Assembly (NCBI RefSeq): GCF_006345805.1
Contig: NC_043009.1
Location: forward strand, 32,798,001 to 32,862,000
DNA length: 64,000 bases
Direction of reading: 5' to 3'
Source: Octopus sinensis
Taxonomy: Eukaryota
Part shown: positions 54,653-64,000 of the stretch, piece by piece
Position numbering within the stretch: position 1 is the first letter of the stretch
How the letters are laid out: each line of letters opens with the position of its first letter
The notes under the pieces: generated by a model
Database searches by the model: none
The model's input: the letters and a program-made list of their open reading frames with translations, nothing else
What the model was told of the DNA's origin: nothing
Position numbers and translations under genes: made by a program

Positions 54653-54722
<70 letters not shown>

Positions 54723-54901
54723 ATTACAGATTTTTGGTAATAAGGTGGAAGCAGTGTAATTTGAAAATATATTACTTAAAGGGGATATACTGTCGAAACC
54801 CACACGATTGTGGTGTTCGTCTCGGAAGAGCATTCTAGTGTTGCAGACGGCACCGCTGGACGATTTGCGCCTGCTAATGATTTTGCACTGTTTTTCTTCA
54901 G

Positions 54902-54946
54902 TACTGTGCGTCTATACGAGACGCTTTCTCAATACGGATGCAGATG
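54902..54946 (+). CDS. Candidate 45-nt symmetric exon (frame 0: YCASIRDAFSIRMQM); coding status uncertain
   Basis: Branch-like ctgctaat at 54871-54878, pyrimidine tract and ttcag acceptor ending at 54901, donor ATG|gtacgt at 54947. All three frames are open. Confidence 0.35.
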
Positions 54947-55027
54947 GTACGTGGGTCTCAACGAATTATCCACATTAAGTAAGATATTCATTATGATACA
55001 TTTACAAACAATACATACATACATACA

Positions 55028-55089
<62 letters not shown>

Positions 55090-56245
55090 TTCCTCAATTC
55101 TTCCTCTCTGAAAACGTTGGCTTGTCTGGAGATGTTTATTCAATGCAACATGCAGCGCAAGCACAGCTGTTATAGAAACGCCTGTAAGAGACTTTATGTA
55201 CGACTTTTAATCTCTCATTTACTCTAACCACATTTTGTGCCTGTTCCTTCATTCTTCCTAATACATTTACATGTGGGTGAGCGTGGTGTGTGTGTGTGTG
55301 CCTGTGTGCCTGTGACTGTGCGTGCGTATCTGTGTGTCTGTGTCTGTATCTGTGTAACTGTGTCTGTCTGTGTATGTCTATGCGTGTGAGTGCGTCTGCA
55401 TGTGTGTCTGTGTGTTTGTATACGTATTTGCTGCTCTCTTGACATGTTATTATGGCAGTGAGAGAGAAACAGTGAGTGAGAAAGTGAGGGGGGGAAACCT
55501 AGGTATTTCAGGGGAGAGAATCACTTCATCTTTTCCTCGTTTTCATGTTGGAAAGAATCATTGTTTATTTTTTGTTTTATTTTTCTTGGTAGAAGTAAAG
55601 GCAAAAGAAGAACATCCATGTTTTATCATATGATCCTTTATCATTACCAGAATGTCTGTGAATGGTCCCATTTCGGCTTTATTAAGCGTTATAGAACAGA
55701 TTAGTTGATTAAACAATAATTTGAGAGTTGAAATTAATTTGGGCTTTTTTTTACCTTCTCTTTCTCTATAAAAATGAAAGGCTTACAGGGACCAGCATAC
55801 ATACATATAAATATATATGCACAGTGTATGGAGAGTTACTAAAAAAGAATAAAAACATTTAACAGAACATTTCTCAGCGATGGTGACACACGTCTAAAAA
55901 GTGGACAATCAACTTTTACGTATGTAAAAGTCCAAACTGTGACAAAAAATAATAATCCAACATAATTAGCTCAGCCACCCATTACCAGTTGCATGTCTTT
56001 CATATAATCAGGCTGTTGATTACGCATTATTGATACAGATTGATCCTCACTAACAATATAATCAATATAAACGTCTAATCACTTGGTAAACTGTCAAATC
56101 AGCTTCCGAGCGATTTCCATAAAGATTGCGGCAAACTAGCTGTTACTTATGGTTTTCTTTCTACACATATGCATCCATGGTTTTTGTGATGGTGCAAACT
56201 ATTTTAAATTAAAATTTCCGTAAAATAATTTTCTTTAAAATCTTT

Positions 56246-56302
<57 letters not shown>

Positions 56303-56559
56303 TTCTCTCTCGCTCATTCTCACCCTATTTTCATTTGTCAGTTGCTCCACTTCCTCGGCATTACTATTCCAAATCCTATCTCCTCAGACATCCTTCATTA
56401 AGTGGTGCACTTCACAATCTTACACCACATTTATCATCAGCCATGCTTTTACTTCCCATGTTTTTTAAATCTCAATTTATTAACTTCATCGCTATTTACT
56501 TCGGAATGTATTAATTAGCAATGGAACTTATGGAGATGTTGGAAAAAGACAAAGCAAAA

Positions 56560-56606
56560 GTAGTAGTAGTAGCAGTAGTAGTAGTAGTAGTAGTAGCAGC
56601 AGCAGC

Positions 56607-56680
<74 letters not shown>
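56560..56680. repeat. (GTA)n/(GCA)n trinucleotide repeat
   Basis: Direct inspection. Confidence 0.95.
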
Positions 56681-56681
<1 letters not shown>

Positions 56682-59369
56682 TGCAAAAATAAGTGCATAA
56701 GTCGATAAGGCTGACGCACTGATATGTGATAAATCCAAATAGAAATTCTACAAAAAGTGCAAAACCATAGTTTTATCTTTCTTAATGTATAGACCGAAAA
56801 TCCAGTTTTAAATCCTTCTCTTGAAAAATCTCAAAATAAAGACGTATTTACAATGTAACATGAGGTTTATTGAGAAGAAGAGACAATGTCTTGTACTAAT
56901 CTGTGTTGTTGACGACTTTGCAATATTTGTAAAATGCTTCTGTATTTTGTTTACATTTTTTAAGAGTTTTATGGCTTTTTGTCACAGATTAAACGAAAAT
57001 TGTGCATCGGAAATATTTCAAAGACTTGTAACCTGATTAGTTCTTTATCGAGTTAATGTTTTTTAAATTCACCAAAGAGATTTACAAAATACTTTTAGAG
57101 GCTTTTCCTAGAAAATTAACTCATTATCAGCTTTTATTAACATACATATATTTCTTGATTTTTGTCCAGAATCGACAGCTTAAGAGTTGGCCAATCACCA
57201 ATTTCCATTTATTGCATATTCTGCGTTCGTTCTGGCGAATAGTTTCGCTTAACATCTAATTAATACTTCTACGAATGTTTATGACCTGTTACTCGTTTTT
57301 TTATATTCTATTCATACCAATATCTATATACCAACTATTTTGAGAACTTTTTTTTTCTAGTTTCAGCGCAGAGCTGCAAGTCATGCTGATGCACCGCCGT
57401 TTGAATATAATCGTAACGTCTTTTAATTAACCCTAATATTTTGTTCAGAATTTCGGTTTACTTATTGCAGTAACACAACTGTTCGTTATCATAATTATGT
57501 CAGTTGATTAAAAGATTTAATTCTGGATATTTTCTTTCATTTTACTAGTTTCAGTGACTGTATTGCAGACATGCTTTAACACCATTTGTGAGGAAGGGAC
57601 TTAATAGATCAAATGGATACCAATACCTTGTTTAGGACTTATGTTATCAACCTACGAAGCGATTAAAATCAAAGTCATAGAATTTAACAGTATACAAAAA
57701 ATATTATTAATAAGAATACTAAATTAATAATTTAATAATTTAATTTTGATATGTCCCGTAGAAATTCAAGTAATTCACTTGAATGTCACGTAGAAATTCA
57801 AGTATTCACTTTCAAAAGAAATTATTTTTCATTTCCACAACATATAACGATTCAATAAAAGGTCGAATATATAGCAATATTCTGCAAAAGTGTTATTGTT
57901 CTGTTAAAGGATTTGAAACCATGGCCCTTAATCGAAACCATACCTTTCTGTCATTAATCCCTGAATGTATTTTGGCAATGTCTGGACCGTAGACATTAGT
58001 GAGAAGTGACAATCTACAACTATTGCGCCTCAGTGTCCGGTCAAGAAGTAATTGAATCCGTAATTGTCACGTTGGAAGTGATTCGCTGCATTTCAAATCA
58101 ACCATTTTGCAATCAAGTGAAATAATGATGCCTTTCTCTTCAATCCTTCGATAAATGTGTTAATTTTCCTGGTTTTAAATATAACCCGTAGTGGTCAAAA
58201 TAATATTTATAGCGCCAATTATTTCTCATTGGCTATTTTAGCACGTTTCATTCGTTAACTTCACAGTAAAAATGTCTCTCTTTGATAGTTACCACGAGTA
58301 AAATGTTGATACGGAGATATGAACACTGATTCTATTGATAAAAACAGTTAACGAAATGAAATACTTCATTAAGGACTCAAGATGTTTATGAAAAACTTTT
58401 TCCTATTTAGAATCACCTCAATTATTTTAAAAGAACTATGAATAGTGAGATGATCACTGTTTGTGTGTGCGTGCGTGTTCATTCAGATGGTGACCAGTCT
58501 CTCCGAATATAGGGAATTCAATGTAGTTCATGAACTAGTTTCAATATCATAACTATCATAAGCTCTTGATATCATAAACCTCTCTCTTCACTTACGACAC
58601 TAATGTCGTTTAGATTTACCCTCATTCCTCTTAGTACTAAATATGAGACGTTCGTGTACCGTAATTGATCAACGTGTACTTGTTGGTGGGTGGCGAGCAG
58701 AACGGAGGTAGATTTAAATTCATAACAGCTTTGAGACCACCATCAGATTTCTCGTTCAAGTTTAAATGCAGTTTAGTTTGTATCTACGTCAATGCGCGTA
58801 TGAAAAGCCTTTAGGGGGTATATTTCAAAATACATGTTATCAATAAGTATCTGCAGAAATGAAATGATTGTCGCTACTATCTATATAGTCGGTATTTATA
58901 AGTAAGATTTACGAGAGATAATTTCTCGTTTGTGAATATATGTTGTATGAAAGATATATCAGTATATGTATTCAAACACATTCAATATATATATATATAT
59001 ATATATACACGCACAAACACATACTACAAACTACTAGTTAAACACCTTTTTTACTGACCATCCTCCTACGCACATGTGAAGAGAGACACACAAAAGACAG
59101 CCACTCATACCAAAAGTTCTTAGTGTAAATTCTTAAGCGACACAAAGTCCACTCACACACATATAAACAGCTAAAATCACACACAAACACACACATACAC
59201 GTGCTATAATTACACAGAGACCTACGCGGACACACACATCCACACATACACACATATCTCCTTCTTTTGCACTCTCTTGTCTTTCCTTTCCGGTCATTTC
59301 TAAATGTAACCACGTTTGTATCGTTGGCGATTTTCTACCCCCGTTATCCCTACCTTTGGACTTTCCTCT

Positions 59370-59404
59370 ATTTCTGAAGAAGAGCTTTGCTCGAAACGTT
59401 AAAT
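59370..59404 (+). ncRNA. Minimal type I hammerhead ribozyme motif (PLE-type)
   Basis: attt-CTGAAGA-a-gagc(ttt)gctc-GAAACGT-T-aaat: 4-bp stem I, 4-bp stem II, and a palindromic ACGT in place of stem III. Predicted cleavage after 59400. Confidence 0.65.
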
Positions 59405-60519
59405 CCTATGTGAGTGGGGACTGTTTATGTTTAGTAGCAAGTTGACTGAGTTCCAAGTAACTTAATGTTTTGCAGGAGAAAATAGGAGCCCGTATCTTTA
59501 GAAAGGAAAAAGAACTTAAAGGTGAAGTACAACTATTTCGGTCTCAATTGTTCAGATCAGGTCCCCTAAATAATTTATTTTGTTATACAAGATTGAGGAA
59601 AGAGTCTGTTAGCGTCAAGTAGTCGGTTTGAAAGTTCAGCGACATCATTTATGGTTGAGGAACAAGCCTTTCTGTGTAGTGAGATAGATGATCTTGTGGT
59701 CTCAGGTTAAGTATTTGTTTGCATGCCAAGTATAACTGGTCGTGAAATATTAGCAGGGTAATGCTTATTGATGATGACGATGATGAGGATATGCAAAGCG
59801 ATAGTAAACTCACTATACAAGGATTGTATAGTCTGGAAGTGGACCAAAGTATGCAAAGCAGAAGCAATTTTTCATGGTATATCTAGAGTGACTGCTTCGA
59901 AATTCGTGAACAGTTTATTCTGGTGACAAATATGTAGAATAAATCAGATTAAATCAGTTTTCTACTTGAGTGATAATACAGTTTTTATGTATATACAGAG
60001 AATTATAAGTTCAGGGAAAGTCGTTGGCTTGGAATCGAGTTTTCACGGGAAGCACATGACGGTGTTGTTTCCCTTGTCTCAATTCCTAACGGAATGCATG
60101 TCTGGTGTAATTCTTCATTTGAAACCACTCGTAGTCATACCTTTGCAATATCGCTAGATGTCATCTGATGGTGTGAAGGTTGCTCTATAGACCACTGGTA
60201 GTTACATAATGTAATCTATGCAACATATTTATTTCTGTTGTAGCGTGCGACATTATTTATGCATGAATAGTTATCCTTAACCTCATGAGCATTATTATCA
60301 TTAACTGTATTTAGTAAATGCTGCCTAATCAGTGATAGAATGCCTTTAGTAACATTAGTGATGCATCAATATTTAATGGAAGAAATGGACCAGATTACTT
60401 TCTCTTTCTAATACTTGGGATTTGATTATCTTCAACGTATTAACATATCAATAAAGCCGCATGTAGCTTGCCTCTTATTACCATCGTTTGCGATCGTGTT
60501 AAAATCCTTTTGTCCGCCA

Positions 60520-60900
60520 ACAGAGAATTTTTCTGTTGGCTTCCTTACTTGGGTTTCTAGTCACTGAAGTTTCTCTGAATATAAACAGCTTCCTTGTTAG
60601 GCGTTACGTAGAATCAGAATGTCTAGTCTTGTAGTCTGGCATGACATCCAGCAAGTTGAGTTTGGTAAAGTTGGTGCTGTCAGTTCAACTTAGGTACAAT
60701 TTAAATATTTATATATCTATAATGAATACTGAAGCTGACCAAACACGTGGCCGTTTCTATGGCCAAAGATTCCGGACTGTCATCCCTGTACAGAGCTAAA
60801 CTGTATGTAACTTTAGGTTATCCCGGACTAATGTTCCGCTTCAGTCAGAGATCTAGGCCTCGTCGTAATCTTCAATGAATACTATGATATCCATGGCAAC
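60520..60900 (-). mobile_element. Penelope-like element RT pseudogene fragment
   Basis: Minus strand EDYDEA*ISD (cf. GSYDGAEICE), LALYRDD (60799-60779, cf. GLYRDD), NFTKLNLLDV (60672-60643, cf. VNFLDV) and PNKEAVYI (cf. PNxxPxYI). Confidence 0.75.
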
Positions 60901-62015
60901 GCTAGTAACACTAAGAAGTGAGCCTTTATCCCTCCTCCGACTCATTACCATACCCAACCATGCCCTGCTAATATTACACGTGACAGTTGTCGTTAGTAGA
61001 TCAACTGATATGTAAATTAACACTAAAAGACCGGTTATCAATAGCATCTCTAGCATCGTCTTACTTTACACTGTACGTATACAGACGCTTAAATGTTGTG
61101 TCACTCCCTTATTAAGAAATCGAAACTTCAAACGGACTGAGAGATTTACTTACGCTTATTCACTAGTTAGTATGTATCATTCTACTTCTCCCTCTTTTCT
61201 CTCCCTCTGATATATTGCCAAGCATTCACAGCTCCATACTTTTTTTAATCGGGAACATTCGACCGAAAGAAGTAATATGAAACACCCTACATTCTCTATA
61301 TATGTCTGCATATATATTTGCTTATGTGTAGCTTTCTCTCTCTCTCTATCTATCTATCTCTCTCTGTCTCTCTCTCTCTCTCTTCCACACACACACACAT
61401 ACATACATATATAAACACATATATGTGTGTATATAGATAGATAGATAGATAGATAAATACATACATACATACGTACATATATGTACACACACACACACAC
61501 ACACACATACACATACGTATACATGCACGCACACCTAACACTTCATATCGATCTCACACATTAGATCAATCAGCTAAGGGCTAAACTGAAACACAAAACA
61601 ATGAACCTCTTATTAATTCCACGGTCAAGTTCAAGTATTTTTCTTGAACAGAAATTGAAAAATAAATTTGTTTACGTGCTAAATGTGTTTGCATTCCCCT
61701 CGAGAAGAATCCATAAGTTAAATGGCAACTGTCCGTGCAGCGCGCTTTAGTGCAGCTACCATTCCTCAGGCTAAATTTGATGCATTGACTCACAGTGCTA
61801 TGTCATCGAAGGCCAAAGGCGTGTGTATTTATTCTGTACATTTACACGGTACATTCTATACTTACATATTTAATTTTCCTTTCCTGCTTAATTCATTTGT
61901 GTAACTTCAATTTTTATAGTAGTCTGTTATATTTTCACTAAATGTTAGTGTATATACGTGTGTTTAAATTTAATTATATATACGCATATGTATGTATGTG
62001 CTTCTGTATATATAT

Positions 62016-62074
<59 letters not shown>

Positions 62075-62673
62075 CATACATACATATATCTGTATGTATG
62101 TAAATATGTATGTATGTACGTATGTATGTGTGTATGTATAAAACGATGTTTACTGGCATCTTTTTCTGTTTCAAATATATATAAGAATTTATAAATATGT
62201 TTATGCCTATAGATGTATGAATACGCGTGTGCACGTTTAGAGTGAGAAAGAATAAGAGGGTTGGAGTGAGTGAGAGGAATAAAAATCGAGAGGTCATAGT
62301 CACATAGATATACCTTTGTTCATTGAAGTCTTTTATGTTACTATAAACGGAACGCCTCTCTAACCAGACAACAAATCTTCACCAAACATCTTTTCTAAAA
62401 TATATTTATAATTCCAAAATATTCTTCTTCTGAAATATCTTATACTTAGGATCATAAATTATTTTGTGTTTCAACTATGATAATCTATTTCGTGCAACGC
62501 TCTTACCAAGCCAACAGTTATTTCCTTTCAAAGCTTTGTCAATGTAATAAGCTGGCATCAATACATTCTTTAATTGCTAGATTTTACGGAGTAGCTTTGT
62601 CTATACTCAGAAACCTGTTTTTCGTGGTTAGAGAGATTACGCTAATTATGAACTTAATTTTACATACTTCATA

Positions 62674-63070
62674 TTCTCTACTCTAGGCACAAGGCCCGAA
62701 ATTTGGAGGGAAGGGGCCAGTCGATTAGATCGGTCCTAGTACGCAACTGGTACTTTATTTATTGACCCCGAAAGGATGAAAGGCAAAGTCGACCTCCGAT
62801 GAATTTGAACTCCGAATGTAAAGACAGACGAAATACCTATTTCTTTTCTACCCTCAAGGGGCTAAACACAAACGGGACAAACAAGGACAGACAAATGGAT
62901 TAGGTCGATTACATCGACCCCACTGCGTAACTGGTGCTTGATTTATCGACCCCAAATGGATGAAAGGCAAAGTCGACCTCGGCGGAATTTGAACTCAGAA
63001 TGTAACGGCAGACGAAATACGGCTATGCATTTCGCCCGGCGTGCTAACGTTTCTGCCAGCTCGCCGCCTT
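62674..63070 (-). mobile_element. Composite SINE A: head-body-tail1-body-tail2
   Basis: Same architecture and the same junction (aaagaaata|ggtatttcgtc, at 62838/62837) as 50969-51338. Confidence 0.9.
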
Positions 63071-63502
63071 ATTTGACATACTTAATGATACACAAATGAT
63101 GGGCCTGTGATGAACATTTATTGTTTTACCATGCTTTCGCTAAACCTCATGTTCATAACGAAGCGCATAATTTCTTCAGAGTATATAAATGTTAACGGTA
63201 GTTTTTACCTTAAAGCTCTCCTGTCATTCTACATGTAGACAGTGGTTTTGTGAGTAACAGTTATTTGAACGCAGTAATACACACCATTATACGTCTTCTC
63301 CCGCATCCTGTCTCCGCCTCTTTATATCGACGATAAAATCAGGCGTTGTTAGCAAGGATTTATGTTTAAATACTTTATCATTTTATTGATTTTTTATTCT
63401 ATGTCCATTCCGTTATGGTTGCAAAGATATTGTTTACCGCCCCCTCTCTCTCTCTCCGCATCTGTTTATTTATCTATTTCTTTTTCTTTACTGTATATTC
63501 AA

Positions 63503-63542
<40 letters not shown>

Positions 63543-64000
63543 GGTATAAAGGTGGTATATATACATATACATATGTACTTATATACATATATATATATAT
63601 ATATACACGTGTGTATACATATATATATGTGTGTATGTATACATACGTGTATGTGTGTGTGTGTGTGTGTGTTTGTGCATGTATGTATTCTGCAAGCCGT
63701 CTTGAAAGTGAGGAAAATATAGCCGTAGTACAATGTTAATGCAAATACTACTTCACATTAGACGTTTGAAGTTTCCTTCTCTTCATATAGATAGGCGATC
63801 GTTGGAAATAATCTGCAGTTCAGTGTTTAGTGATAGTTACGGATTTAGAGATAGAAATGTAAGACGTATGATGTGAAGCCGTACTTTTCAAATATGGCGA
63901 AACATCTTGACGGTAGAGAGACAAATATTTTAGACTGTCACTGTAATAGTGTCGGTTAATGTATCAATGACGATGATGATTATATGTGAAAGATTTTCTC

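Noticed and set aside
57751-57811. Two 32-bp direct repeats as a CRISPR-like array
   Set aside because: Only two adjacent units with no spacer, in eukaryotic DNA. An ordinary tandem duplication.

Overview
AT-rich animal genomic DNA with a very high density of microsatellites ((TA)n, (CA)n, (TAGA)n, (TACA)n, (GTA)n) and no long coding ORF. Almost all ORFs in the supplied track are artefacts of simple repeats. The recurrent tRNA-derived SINE families resemble those I recall from Octopus genomes, so the window is probably octopus intergenic or intronic DNA (inference). Supported content: many SINE copies from at least 3 families, two of them composites with the same junction; fragments of CR1-like, RTE and Penelope-like (PLE) retroelements; a Tc1 remnant; an internally deleted mariner with both TIRs; and two isolated plus-strand candidate exons. 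The most notable signals are (i) five type I hammerhead-ribozyme-like motifs in four unrelated contexts (two apparently intact, one in an exact 301-bp tandem duplication, one downstream of a Pol III tRNA-like head), (ii) a 144-bp hairpin whose main mismatches are three symmetric tandem G.A pairs around a GCGAAAGC cap, suggesting selection on single-stranded folding, and (iii) a ~750-bp foldback built from a 315-bp tandem unit. No rRNA, genuine tRNA gene or CRISPR array was found. All calls were made by eye, without database searches.
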